64,000 nt of DNA from NCBI GenBank assembly GCA_965655095.1, contig OZ296652.1:79918001-79982000 (forward strand). Direction: 5' to 3'. Below are positions 1 through 12,800 of the stretch, piece after piece. The notes beneath the pieces are model-generated. The model was given only the letters and a program-made list of their open reading frames with translations, was not told where the DNA came from and searched no databases. This DNA is from Haplodiscus bocki (lineage: Eukaryota). The number at the start of each line of letters is the position of its first letter. The first letter of the stretch is position 1. A program made the translations under genes and the position numbers.

Positions 1-22
1 AACGTAAACTCTCTTATTTTAA

Positions 23-1050
23 CTTCGAACACGTAGTTTAAATGTTTTGGAGCTTTTAGAAAGCATTTTTGTTCCTGTCTCTATTGATTCTGTCAATATT
101 GAACCTTCCATTATTAATGAAAACTGGCCCCGTTTTAATAAAATTTCCGATAATAATTTTACTGTGAACTCTCCCCTCGTCCTGTGTATCTTATCTAGTG
201 TTAATGTAAAGCCTACGGTTGTATTGAAACCGTTTTATGACCGTCCTAATTTAACTTGGGAGCATGTAAGTAATATCCCTTCACGTCCCCTAACCAATAT
301 TACCAAAGGTCCCCAGTATGCCGTTACACGTAACTTTGCAAATTCCATCCAAGTCGATATGGACTTCCGCTTCTGTTCATCCCCCTATTGCTTCAATGAT
401 CAAGTAGTTAGCATTTGTATGGGATTATTAATAGAAGGACCGTGGTTCACTTTCGCTCACACGGAAATTGGTGGCGGCGCTTCTTTTGCTTTACTAAACA
501 AAGGAATCAAAATTCGGTGCGCTTCTACTTCATCTACCGGTACTCGCTTCTTCGAACGTTGTTGTCGCTCCCCCGAGGGCTTTAAAGAATTGATGCAGCG
601 CGGCCCGCGGGAACGTGAGGCACGTTATTTACGATTTACTATTCAGTGTCCCTGAAATTTGGTTTAGATTCCAGATCTTCCAATTCACGCCGTTTTAACA
701 GTGGAGACGGGCTCACCAACTTTTTTATCCGGATGGGACGCCGCTACTACATCAAATCAACAAATTATTCTTCAGACGCTGGATGAGTATACTTTTGGTG
801 TGCGTCGTGGTAAGTGGCGCGAAATTTTCCGTAAAATGGTTTATCAGCATTACGCGAGTGGGTGTTCTCTCCTTCAACCGGCCTCCAGGAAGGTAAATTT
901 AAGCTACAAAAGCACTGGAAATATTGAGAACAGCATTGTCTTTATTTAGTCCAGTCATGACACATCGAAAAAGAGGTTCCCAGTAAGATTAAAATTAACC
1001 GTGTCCCCTCCCCGTACAGTCATCTGAACTCCGTTATGCGCATAAGGCGC
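23..1050 (+). pseudogene. JmjC-domain (2OG/Fe(II) cupin) pseudogene, intronless
   Basis: ORFs 47-655 and 701-949 are in the same frame. Read through: ...FTFAHTEIGGGASFALLNKGIKIRC...FTIQCP*NLV*IPDLPIHAVLT..., matching the JmjC pattern T-x-x-H-x-[DE]...G-x-K...Q-x-P-G-x-x-V-Y-I-P...H-x-V. Metal triad: H 458-460, E 464-466, H 686-688. In-frame stops TGA 653-655 and TAG 665-667, and a probable frameshift near 835. Confidence 0.75.
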
Positions 1051-1254
1051 TATTGGTCCAGGACATTTCAAATAAGTAATATTTATTAGTCGGTCCTAAT
1101 TTCAGCTGTTCACCCTCTTCGAGTTAGTATTTATTTCACTTGATTATTAATATATTAATCCATATTATGGATGAGCCTTAAATAGTAATAACCAAAAAAA
1201 ACAAAATAGCAAAAGAAAAAATAACATTTAGTGTATTTTCCAGAACAATTAAGG

Positions 1255-1690
1255 TTGAATAAACGTCTCCAAGAAATAAAATCATTTGATACGCATTCGA
1301 AAGCAAAAATGCCACCTTAACCAATTTTGAAAGAAAAAAACTTTCAAAAACAAACCAAAAAAAATTCGGCAGAGTTGTTAAAACTAGATTCTACGTGTCC
1401 AGACAATCTTTTTGGGAGAAAATATATGTTTTTGAAAAAATTATAGTTTCAGAAATGTTTTCGGACTTTGAGCAAAAAATTGTCGGACTTTTGTGGGAAA
1501 GTTTTCGGCACGGTTGTCAAAACTGCTTTGTACGTGTTTTGACAAACATTTTAAGGTTTTCAAAAATATTTTCCTGATATGAGCGAAACCAACATCGTTT
1601 AACGTGGACGCAATTAGCAAACATCGAGTAAAAAGCGCACTATTTGAGTGCATGATTTTCCATCGATATTTTAAATATGGTCGGAAAATA
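1255..1690 (-). mobile_element. Copy of Helentron/HINE-like interspersed repeat
   Basis: Shares blocks (tttgatacgcattc...gcaaaaatgcaccttaaccaattttg; aaacatcgagtaaaaagcgcac) with 52830-53225 and 30744-31224. Confidence 0.6.
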
Positions 1691-2269
1691 AATATAGAGA
1701 GAAACTTCTGTCATTGTAATATGTACGATCTGCAATCTTATGTCAAGTACCTATTATCTTAATTTGATATCTTTAAGAGTAATTTTAAAGGCTTTGACTC
1801 ATTTTTCAACGACGTACACTACTCAAATCATCTCAGAAACTATGGGTTCCTTGAATAATTCGAAACTTTTGCTACGGGTTCTTTCCTATGTATCCTAAAA
1901 GAAAGAGAGAGACCTTTATAAGAATTTATCAGGGACAAGGAGGTGTAACGGTGTTCTGATTTGGAGATATTACAATGAGAGTCGTTGTTTCTTTGTAGTT
2001 GTTCCCCATCAAGGTTTCCTCTATGGAGTAAGATAGTGATAAAAATAGACAAATCAAAGCACAAATCTCGATTTCGAATATCACCAAAACTATTAGGTTT
2101 TTCCAAAATTGTTCTTAATGAAAGTTTTTTTTCAGAATTTTACCTAGTTTTTGTTTCTATTTAGAGCTTCTTTGGCCAGTATTGCAAAAGTTACCAGACA
2201 TTTTGGACAATTTTGGTTTAAATTGTTTTTTTTTTCAATTTTTCCGCCATTTGGTTTTTCCCAAGATTC

Positions 2270-4280
2270 ATGCGCGTTGGCAAGCCCAGTTGGTGCAATT
2301 TCGATTGGCGCACTTTCGAGGCAAAGCCAATTTTTAAATTGTTTTTGGAAACCATAGTTTTTCTTTGAATATAGCAAAAGAGATGTTCAGTAAACCCTCG
2401 ATTGTCTGCCAGTTGATTCTCCACCAAAATGTGCGCTTTGGGAGACCGTATTTCCGGAAATTACAGTGGTGTGTATCCGAGGGAAAACCGAGTGCTACAA
2501 ATGTTTTTTGGAAAGCATAGTTTTTGTTTTTGCACTTGGGCAAGCACTTTTTGTCACAATATTTTCTTTTCCGATTCGTTGACAACTTACATTTGTGCCT
2601 ACATTCGAATGCTGCCTAGACTTTGTTCATTCGCTCTCGCTTTCTTGCAAAAAATTGTTCCTTCACTCTCGCTCAATTGCAGAAGTTTTTTTACGTGGCC
2701 CATTTCAAGCGTGTGCCCTTGTTGTAATTGAATATAAACCGAATTAACTGCTTTAGTCATTCCTACTTGTTACATTACTATAAAAATGCATGAGAATTAA
2801 CCGCGAACTTTTGTTTCGTTGTTTATGCAAAAGTTTTAGTAGTATCGTGGTCCCTTTCAAAGTCAGTTATAACTGGCCGATTTGTTTGAAAGTTTTCCGT
2901 TGCCCTAAGTGTTGCCAGGCACAATTTGGCCTCTGTGGTTATAGCAAAAGAAACTTCAGTAAACCGTCAGTTATCCGCCAAGAGTTGCGCGCGTTGGCAG
3001 GCCTATATGGCGGAAGTTCGAGTGGCGTATATTCGATAGAAAACCAGGTATTACAGTTTTTGTCGAAACCATAGATTTTGCTTCAAATATACCAAAAGAG
3101 AAGTTCAGTAAACATTGGATTATCGGCCGCTCAATTTTCCGCCAACATCCCCGCGTTTGCAGACCTAACTGGTGGAGTTTCTAGCGGCGTATATTCAAGG
3201 AATATCCAGCCACTACAATTACTTCGAAATCTATAGATTTCGATTTGGAAGAAAACATCAGTATAGCGAAAGAGAAGTACAATAATCCCTCGATTTTCCG
3301 CCACGATTTGAACAGTTTTTTTGGCTGATAAACGAGTGCGTTGGTAGCATTTAGTTCCTAATTTATTTTAATTTTATGAGATAGAGAGATAGAAGTTTTC
3401 ACTGAAAAGTGGGTCGTTTCGAAGTGAGAATAGCGCTTGTGAAAAAAACAAGCCAAGATTGACCAGCGTTGGCTCCACCTGTTTGGCTCAAAATTCTCAT
3501 AGTATAGATACTTTTTCATGTTTGAAAAAGTTTGTATTTTGGTAATTTTGTTTGTATAAAATGCTATAAAACGTGGCTTATGATGGGATTCTAAGTTTCA
3601 AAAAGGGGGTATCATGAAAAAAAATTGTACCGGAGGTTCAACATTTTTTGGACAATAGTTAAGTTTTCGTTATTTTTTTTTGGTATAACATTAAAAATTA
3701 TATAGCGTACACTGGGGCTCTAACGCACGACCTGTGGCTTCGAAACCGTTTCTTCTTACCGTCTGGGCCATATAAAATAAAAGAAGTCTAGCCTATGCCA
3801 GGGTTTAAACCAGCAACCTATGCCTTCGAAACATTGTTGTCTCACCCACTGAATCATAAAAATTGTAAACGAGAAAATTTTGTGTACCATAGAGAAAAAT
3901 AATTGCTCCAGTTTCCACCAGCATTCGCTCCGCCTCCGCATAATAGATGGCGTTCGCTGATTTTTGTTTTGGATATACCAAAAGAGAAATTCAGTAAACC
4001 TTTGATTATCGTGCTCTCGATTTTTTGCCAACACTGGCACACCTAATTGGTGGAAACTCGAGTGGTGGATATTCGAGAGAAAACCAGTTACTGCAATTAG
4101 TTTTTCAATTGCATAGTTTTTGTTCTGGAAGAAACTTACTCAAACCAAAAGAGAAAATCAGTAATCCGTCGATTTTCCGCCATTGGTTGCGCAGTTTTGT
4201 TGTCGATTGCGTTGTTAGCATTTTGTAATTTATGAAATAGAAATTTATACTGAATAGTGGGTCGATTCAATGAGAAAAAA
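2270..4280. repeat. Degenerate ~160-bp tandem/dispersed repeat cluster
   Basis: Recurring unit (gcgttggca...ggcgtatattcga..gaaaacca...aaccatag...atataccaaaagagaagttcagtaaacc) near 2272, 2430, 2990, 3150 and 4035; related flanking blocks at ~3370-3440 and ~4228-4285. Confidence 0.7.
3795..3856 (-). repeat. tRNA-derived (SINE-like) degenerate segment
   Basis: The minus strand reads tgattcagtgggtgagac...ggttgctggtttaaaccctggc, with A-box/B-box-like motifs. Degenerate, with no intact cloverleaf. Confidence 0.35.
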
Positions 4281-7072
4281 GCGTCTAACGAAAAAAAATA
4301 GTCACTGTAGTAGTCGGCTCTTTTTCAAAACTTTTTTTCAAGTTATCAATGGGGGCCCTTTGTTTCTTGACAAAATGTTGTTTTTCTGATAAAATGATGG
4401 CATAATCACTTTTTTTGTCGTTATCACTTTGTCACAAAGTGCGAGAAATAAAACACGGGATTCTTTGTTGTAAATTATACTGCTTGAGAAAACAGATGAC
4501 ATATTTTTGGTATATGCCTTTGCAAAAATATGGTATATGTGACGGGGGTATCATGAAAGTACCAAACGCTGGAACCTCTTCGTATCACCGGGGAGCTAAC
4601 AGTTTGATGAAAATTTAAAAGTTTGTTTATGTATTGTTAATATGAACATTTTGAACAATTCGTACTGTAGACGTAGTTTTCTTGAAAAATTCGAATATCT
4701 GAGAACCCTTGTTTCTTGAAGATCTTTTCAAGGTGTCTTAAAAATTCAGGAATGTATTTTTGTTGGATTTAAAACGTCTGTAGCTCGTACCTCTGGCTTA
4801 AAAGTCTGTCCTACACCACAAAGACACATTTTGGTTTCGTGATCTTAACTTGAACTTCTAGCAATGGAGAATTCATTTAATAATCAGCAGCTTTAACTGG
4901 AGTAAAGCGCCAACTAAAATTCAATAATGAGAACAGTCCTTACATTCTTCCATGTGTGTTGCTTTTTGAATCCAGTGAAGTTTTATTAGGGTTGACAACC
5001 ATTCTAGGGGTCATTCATTTTTTCTACAGAGAACTCGCAACCACCTTTTATTTGCAGCCGCTGCAAGATGTGATGCCGGAGCAATTTTAGCTCAAACAAA
5101 CGACATGTCGAAATGTTTCTGTCGCATTTTTCATGTTAGAATAGCTGTGTTCTACGTGAACGCGTGGGAGAGAGCGCGATCCATGTGGGATGTCCACATG
5201 GGAATTGAATGGATGAAAAATTTGTTATTTATGAACAGGTGCGCTTGTAAATTTGATACAGTCTATTGCGATCATCAAATTTGATAAACTGTTCTCTATT
5301 TCAAAACACTTTGTTCTGACTTTTTCCTTGCTTTTTTTGTTCAAACGGCCGCGAAATTATTTCCTTCACCAATTTCCCCAATCGTTTGATGTTCAGCTAG
5401 AAGTCTAAGTGGACATAAGGTTGTTGCTATCGGGCTTAATTGTCGTTCCAGTTATTTTATATATATCATTGTTCCTGGCTACTCTTTTGTACAGGTAAAT
5501 ACAAACGCCTTGCCACAAATATATGGATGATTAGATTGGACTGAACTTAGAGGAAGATAGAAAAAAAATCAGTGATTGTTGAACCGAATTCGATTTCCTT
5601 ATCCTAGTGTTTTCCTGGGGGATGTACCGGCTGTATACTTTATTCAGTTTGTTTGTAATACCACGCTCACTATTTTAGTTCAGTTTATAACCAGTACACT
5701 ACAGTAACATTAAAGCAAAGCCGAGCCAACGGTGACTCTGTTTCTTCTCTTTCTGCTTCTGTTGCTTCTGGCTATGATGGTGGTGTAATGGTTGGGTGTA
5801 GCTAACACTATTTTGTATTTTATACCATCCAGCAGCACCGTCCAACAGCGTCCGAATCACCCGCTGCCACCACGGTTGCCCTGAGAACATCAATCAAGAT
5901 GAAGCTTCCGAAGTAAAGGTGCCTCCAAGTTTAGATTTGATCTGTATATACATTGATTTCTTTTCCTCGTCACAAAAAGAAAGTAAAAGTACTATGGCGC
6001 CGCTGTGGTTCTGACTTCTGTTTCTGTTTGTGGGTAACGATTTTTATTACTCTTCCAAATTCACATCCTCTTCTTGTTAACCTCTTAGAGGTAAAGTGTT
6101 ACTATAAATTACAACATGTCACAATTAATCTCAAATACAGTGTTTTAAAAGCCAAATCAATGCCCAATTCTTATTGGCTCCTGTAGGTACACTAATGGGC
6201 TCCGTACTGCGTAAGCATTCTGTTGCTTCTTGTTCCCGTAGAGTTTTATGAGAAATGTTGGCGGTTGCTACTTTTATTTCCACCGTATTTAACTGTTTCC
6301 TTTTTAGCTATTGAATTTTCTCTCATCACTTATTAAATTAGGCCGTGATAATTTCGTGACAATTTCAACCAACACGTTAGTACTAGCTTTTTCTGAACCG
6401 AATTGTAAAATTTTCTTTACTCAAATGCAATATTATTGTATTATTTTTCCAAATTAAAATGTTCTTCAACTAAATTTCTACACAGATATGAAGAATCATA
6501 ATTATTTCTTGTCAAAAAATACAAACATTTATTGTTCCATGGAATTCTTAGGTTGTAGTTTCACGCCCATCGCGATGTAATTTGAAACTGCGTATTTTTG
6601 AGAAACTTTGAATCTGAATCAACAAGTTAGTCGAGAAGAGCTTGGTTGAAATTTTACTGCTTGACTGGTAACGAGAAGATATTGGGTAGGTACTTGGAAT
6701 GCCGAGGTCCATTTTGGTCAATCGGCGAAACATTTTGGTCACAAAATTTCAGTAGTTCCCTCTTTGGAGATTTAGGTTTTACAACTTTCATGTGTTGTTC
6801 GCAATTCCTTTTCGTTGCCAGTTTATGCTGAATAAGAATTTTTATAAAATACCTCCAATTTCAGAGTACGCCTATGAAACTCGAAAATTGGAAAACAATT
6901 AATAGTGATCACTTTTATTTTGAAAACTAAAACTACATTGTACTGATATCGTTCAATTTATGCTTCATCTTTTTGCTCAAAATGTCATCTCTTTGTGCGC
7001 TCCTGTGTTTCTTTTATCCCATTAAAAATTGATCTGTTTTGATTTATTTGTAGAAATTTGTTTAAAATTCGT

Positions 7073-7627
7073 TGTTGCCACGAATTCCGCCCAACTATAG
7101 ATGAAGATCTTAGAGATTCTCTGTCCAAAGCAATTTAACGTGGTGGGAAGAAAAATAATTACTGTCATTACTGTCGCGCGAACAGGGGATGTTGTTTATT
7201 GAGCAACCTGTGAAGTATATTTGCTATTGTTCGCTTTAGGTAATATTGCTAAGCGGCGTGTGCGGCCATACGTCTGCGTTATCGTGTAAGAAAGTCTCAA
7301 AAGCTTTGTTATTAGCTTTGTAAATTTGCCTTGCTAATCCGCGCGGACAAAGTTGCGTGAGTTCTACTAGCAAGGACTTGGTGAGCAAAGAAAGAGTACA
7401 AAATAAGAGATGAATTATTTGGTGAAGATACGGAAATGGCAGTCAATCTTATAAATGTAAATGTGCATGAGATAGGATAAATTTTCGGAAGGGTGAGATT
7501 ATTAGGGGCGAGATTTGACCAATTCAAATTATTTAGATACAGTAGCAACTTTTATAATAACTTCGAAATTTTAAACTTTTGATAAATTCCTTTAACGATT
7601 TAAAATGGCAAACAGAAACTTGCCACA
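7073..7627 (-). mobile_element. 3' LTR of a truncated LTR retrotransposon
   Basis: Minus strand: polypurine tract TAGGGGTGGAGAA (7628-7640) directly followed by TGTGGCAAG...GTGGCAACA (TG...CA termini). AATAAA on the minus strand at 7195-7200. Confidence 0.65.
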
Positions 7628-8494
7628 TTCTCCACCCCTACAAGATCAGATCCCAAATCAAATGAGGATTGGGAATGAAATTCCTCTTGCCCCGATATGC
7701 CAGAGCCCGAGCTGACTGTTTCACCGGTAGCCGGTGATGATGGGTCCGATATATTTTTGGGAATTTTTCTTACCGCGTGGATGTAGAGGCCAAGGTGACC
7801 AATTTTATGATGGGCGGTCTTGGTTTCTCCCTTGAAGAACCAGAAATTACTGCAGATTTCCGTGTTTTCCTGCTGATTACGTATGGGAAAAACTAGGAAA
7901 AGCGAGTTCTCCGCTACATCACAATGTAATCGAGCAGTTAAAAGCTCTAATAGCAGGCTTTTGTAAATTAACTAATTATCAAAACACACAGTGGGCGGAG
8001 CGATTCGACAGTTGGCCTCCTTCGACACTCCGATTCCAGTTAAAGGAACTAGCGGAGTCCGGGGAGCTCCTGGAAATAGAGTAGGCCCTGGGTCTTCTTC
8101 GTAGGTGGTGTGGAAGTAACCCATATCACACTTCTATTCGGCTTTAGTGTTTGCTCCGCCATATAGTAAAACATTTAAATTGCATAAAGCACAAGTGTAA
8201 TACTTTGCAATTTAATAATAACTTCATAAGGACTAAATTCATCCAAAATAAAGATCGATTTCATAAAAGAAAATAGTCATCAACATAAATTTACAAATCC
8301 TTCCAAAGAAAACGGAAGTATGTACCCAATTTAAAGACTAAGTTGAGATAATATTTTATTGGCTTTTTGGCTAGAACGAATGACTACATTCGTCTTTTCT
8401 AGCCCAGGTTTTTGCCTTTTGTTATTTTTCAAGTTTTTTTAGTTTTATTGGTCTTATTTGGTTCGATTTTATCTGAGACTAAAAGCTTTTATCT

Positions 8495-8711
8495 AAAAGC
8501 TAAAAAACTATTTATTCCTAAAAGTAAAATGCATGTAAATTCTTCGTCAGCGGTTCACGCTTGACAAAAAGAGGACCTCAGAGACGTAACATGCCATAAA
8601 AGCAGTCGACCTAGTCAAGCCTCTGAGGTCCTCTTTTTGTCAAGCGTGAACCGCTGACGAAGAATTTACATGCATTTTACTTTTAGGATTAAATAGTTTT
8701 TTTTAGCTTTT
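8495..8711. repeat. Near-perfect hairpin (~89-bp arms, 37-nt loop)
   Basis: 8495-8583 is the reverse complement of 8621-8711. The inner 68 bp are perfect; one mismatch and a poly-A length difference lie further out. Confidence 0.95.
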
Positions 8712-8859
8712 TGTTTAAACCCCAAAAACCTGCCTTAGCATAGCAACTGGGCAATAGATCTTAAATTCCCCGTCTTTCCAACAGTGAAAAAATCTTCCGG
8801 ATTTATTGGAGGGGTTGAAGTATTTTAGGTTTTATCTACTCAGGTATAGCTCGCTGTAA

Positions 8860-9063
8860 GCGGCAACCTGGTGATTTTCTCTTAGTTCCTTTTTCAACTC
8901 GAATGCGGCAGTTCTTTCGCGATTTATGGAGAGGGATTACATTTTCCTTTTAGCTTTTAGCTACTACTGAGTTAAAGTTTGCGATAAGTGGCACCTGATG
9001 ATTTTCCCTTAATTCTTTAATTCGAACGCGGCTGTTCCTTCGCGATTTATCGAATGCGATTAC
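8860..9063. repeat. Diverged tandem duplication (~128-bp period)
   Basis: gcggcaacctggtgattttc...ttcgcgatttat..gattac at ~8860-8941, repeated at ~8988-9063. Confidence 0.75.
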
Positions 9064-9769
9064 TTTGGAGGAAATGACAATTGAGATTAACTTTACTAGA
9101 TCAAAGCAAGATTGTAACTTACGAATACCGGAGCTGAGTCGGGTTATTTGTATGTTAGCTGCAGGGTCAATCTTCCTTGGGTAGTCCAGGAAGGATAATG
9201 CTGATGATTGAATTTCGGCTGAGACATAATTCGGAATTGCTATAGAAAATTTGCAAAAGGGGACAGTTTCCGCGTATTTTGTCCGTATCTTGGAATTTAG
9301 AATGAATTCTAAATTACCACGGCAGCAGACGAGGTGAGACTTGGTCTATGTAGCGCCAATCTCTTTCGAGAACCTCGTGAGGGTCGTGCAGTATAAGATT
9401 CACTCTTGCTTCAGAACCGAAGTTCTTCCACGGAGTCCGCACAGGCTTCTGTATTACAGAAGCTAGCGTCAATGGACACTGTTTAGACTCCAGTGGCAAG
9501 AGTATGGAATAAGTCAGCAAAGGAAAAGGAATTTTGGCTAAGACACAATTTAGATTTGTCTTTGAATAATTTCGATGAGATGTAATTAGAATTTGGCAAA
9601 GACATAATTTGAAAAGGTCCTAGAATATTTTCGCTCGCTCCAAAAGAAGAGAAGAATTAGTAAGGTAAGAAGAGAAGTGAAGAGAAGTTCGAAGTTAAGA
9701 GTAAAAGAGTTTCGCCACGAGTAATGAGGCAAGTGAGCGGGAGCGAGCAATTGAAAATTGTGGCTGAGC

Positions 9770-9843
9770 GCTGGGTATTTGTACCCTGTTTGGTCACGTG
9801 ACCAGGTCACGTGATCGAGCTTGTTGGTCATGTAGCCAATTGG
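9770..9843 (-). promoter_or_regulatory. Putative internal Pol II promoter (CCAAT, two CACGTG E-boxes, TATA-like)
   Basis: Minus-strand order: CCAATTGG (~9836-9843), TCACGTGA twice including the palindrome GGTCACGTGACC, then TACAAATA, upstream of ORF relic 9314-9520. Confidence 0.35.
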
Positions 9844-12800
9844 AAAATTCCGCTAGGCTGGGCGAATTAGAATTTTTGTTTCTGTAGAATTAAGTCTTGA
9901 AATTGTGCAATTTCAACCGAATAATTCAAGCTGTCAGTCAATTTGTATCCTGTCGCCATCGAGGCGGCCAATTTTTATTCGCAAACTTTCGTATCGATTT
10001 TATAGCCAATTTGTTCAACTTGTCTTTCCTTCGCTTCCTGCCTGCCGGGACCCTTTGTTTGTTTCGCGCAAACGTGTTTCGCAAAATCAACCAGCCAACT
10101 GGGTAAGTCAAATAATACTTCCTTGATAATCTCTTAAATTTCGCAAGTCAAATTTAAATAGCAAATAAACTGCCCTAATCACTTGGGGTATTTATCTGAG
10201 AATTGCAATTTCTCGAGTTCTTCATTCATCACCAAAAGTTATCGATGTTAGTCTTAGTTTTACGTTAGTTTTGGATTATAAAATAGCGCCTTTTCTAAAG
10301 TTTGAGCGTTCTCTGTAACGCGATATTACCTCTTGGTAAAAGTATAATAACTATTAAATAACTATAATTTATCAACTTTATGGCGAATTACAAATTGATT
10401 GGGTAAATATTTCAAATTGGAAGTTATAAAACGACCTGGAGTTAGTAAAGTTTACGGCAGGTCGGGTGTGATCTTCTTTGGAAAGGAAACTAGCATCCGA
10501 CACATTGTTAAAGTGAAGAATTAAAAATCTGTTTGTGGAATCATTAATATCTAAAACGGCTCGGTTATCGACGATAGAGGCCAATGGACGCTACCTTTTC
10601 TTCCATAATTGAAACTTGCTGCCACGAGACTTTGATAGATAAACTAAATTTGCATCAGGTTTTGACTTTCAAGGTTTAGGGAAAAATATCAGGAAAATTT
10701 TTCAGGATTTAGAAAATTTTGGTGATTGAGATTGCTCCTCGTCGTTTTTTCAGTTCCTTTCGAAAGATGAAGATTCAGTTTCTGCACCTTGGGGCTTTTT
10801 CCAGTTATATAAGGAAGTCCATCGAATTAGATAGGATCAAAAAACACGTAATTGGAGACCAAAATATGTTTTTTAGCAGCGACTAACTTTCGAAACAAAC
10901 AGTATTGGAATTTCATGTCTATCCTAATTGAACGGCAGAACTTCAGAACTGAATAATTTCCTCCAGATTCTTCTCTAATTTGAGAATTCAACGTCATGAT
11001 TAACTTCTTGTGGACTTGTAGAAATTTGTACAAATCCTTCTCATTATATTTTCATAAAATCCGCGCAACATCTAATCCAGTCACTTTTGCACAGTGTTAC
11101 ATTTTATTCACAAGCATATGTGATTGATTACATCAATCTTGCAACATTTGTCTCAAATCACTCTCTATAAGTTTCATACAATAGTCTGTAATTTTATTGC
11201 TTCAAATCAATTCCATCGCACACTGGACTGGACGATTGGACTGGATTGGAATGCTGTGGTAGGAACAGCGCTGGAGTTCATGGATTCCGTAATTTTACAC
11301 TCTGCAATTTTAAGGTCTTACTTCCCTCGCTCCAGACGCCTGCTGTGATATGTCATGTCATGCGGATCCAAGTGCTGCAGACCCTCAAACCCAAACCCTT
11401 CACATTCAAAAGCGCCGAGTTTGACAAGTTGGGGGGGGGGGGTGTTTCTGCACTGATTTCAAGACTAACACGTCACTGTACATTTCTATGTTTATTATAC
11501 TGTTACAGTTTACTGGTAGTGAAAATAACTAGTACCAATTAAATAAACAACTTCTTTGCTGGTTGGAAACTGTGTTTTATTTATTAGCGCTCTTGGGAAT
11601 CGATCAATATTTGTTTCAGATAGATCCGATGGCTATTTATAATTGAATTTCGGCAGTTGTGAAATTAGCTCTTTCGTTAAGTCTTCCTCTTAGACCTGGA
11701 GGTTATGTTCCACTAACCATTACTTAGCTTCCCTTTTGTGTAAGTTGAGTTATTTTTCCCTTCAAGAATTGCTCTGTGTCTTAAACAATTCAAAGCCTGA
11801 GATGTTCAAGAATAAACGCAAATTCATGGTCTCGGTAACGTACAGAAATAGGGTTACAAGTTCTGTATAACAGCTAGGCTTCAAGCCGACAGTATACATA
11901 TATTACAAGCTTTTGTAAGCATTAATTTCTCCGTAGAAAATTGGAAAAATATATACTTGCGAAGACACTTGCACCAGTTTTATGAGAGTTGGAAATGTCA
12001 AGAAAAACCTAACAAATCTAGGAGTGAAAAAAACTTCAAACTTCTAATCAAAATGTTTTGTACTTTTGTAATTGAACTCGTGCGTGTACTCAATGATTAG
12101 AGTGTTGGGGTGTCAATTCCATGGGAGAAAATATTCCTCGATTGTGCGCAGAAGGATCTTTGCATCTTTTTTGAAAGCACTGTTTGAAATTCCGCTTGTT
12201 TTTATAGTGGTTTTTGTAGTCGTTTTTCCTCACCAGCTTCTTAACCTGCGGTCGAAATACTTTTCCAGCTCGACCTGAATTAAATTTTGTTCAGTGCGCC
12301 AAATCTTTGTTGTGATCTCCGAATTCAATTAGATTTTTCATTTCTATAAAGCGTTTCATATTTTGTGAAACGCGTGAAAGTTGAAAGACATTTTCATTTT
12401 TGCAGATTCCGAGTAGCCAAAAACAGTCTTGGTCTCAGTGACACTCATAAATTTTTGATTATTTTGCTAAGCATTCGTTGCAAAATCAAATTAGAAATAA
12501 TTTGAGCATGCTTATCTTAGTAGGATGAAGTCAACATGTACACAGTTAAGTTTTTCTGAGTTTTCAGCTGATATAAATAGCTTTTTCATTGGAAGTTAAT
12601 TTTGAAAGAAGTTGGCAAAAGTGATGCCACAGGTAATGCTCACCTTCTTAAATTCAAAATTTGATCGTTCTAAGAATGGCAACGTAGGATTTTCGTCTCA
12701 TTCTTTCGCATCGTATCTCACGATGATGAGTCATATTACGTTTTTGAAGAACCAAGTCATTTGGATACTTACAGTTAATGCAAAGGGAGTTGTATTAGAA

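Larger units (their letters stand above)
7628..10830 (-). mobile_element. Degraded internal/3' region of the LTR retrotransposon
   Basis: Contiguous with the PPT and LTR; decayed minus-strand ORF fragments (e.g. 9314-9520, 10378-10584). No second LTR copy seen; the right boundary is approximate. Confidence 0.4.

Noticed and set aside
653-667. Stop-codon readthrough or alternative genetic code in the JmjC ORF
   Set aside because: Both TGA and TAG occur at single-substitution positions (expected Gly, Tyr), alongside upstream stops and a frameshift; ordinary decay is simpler.
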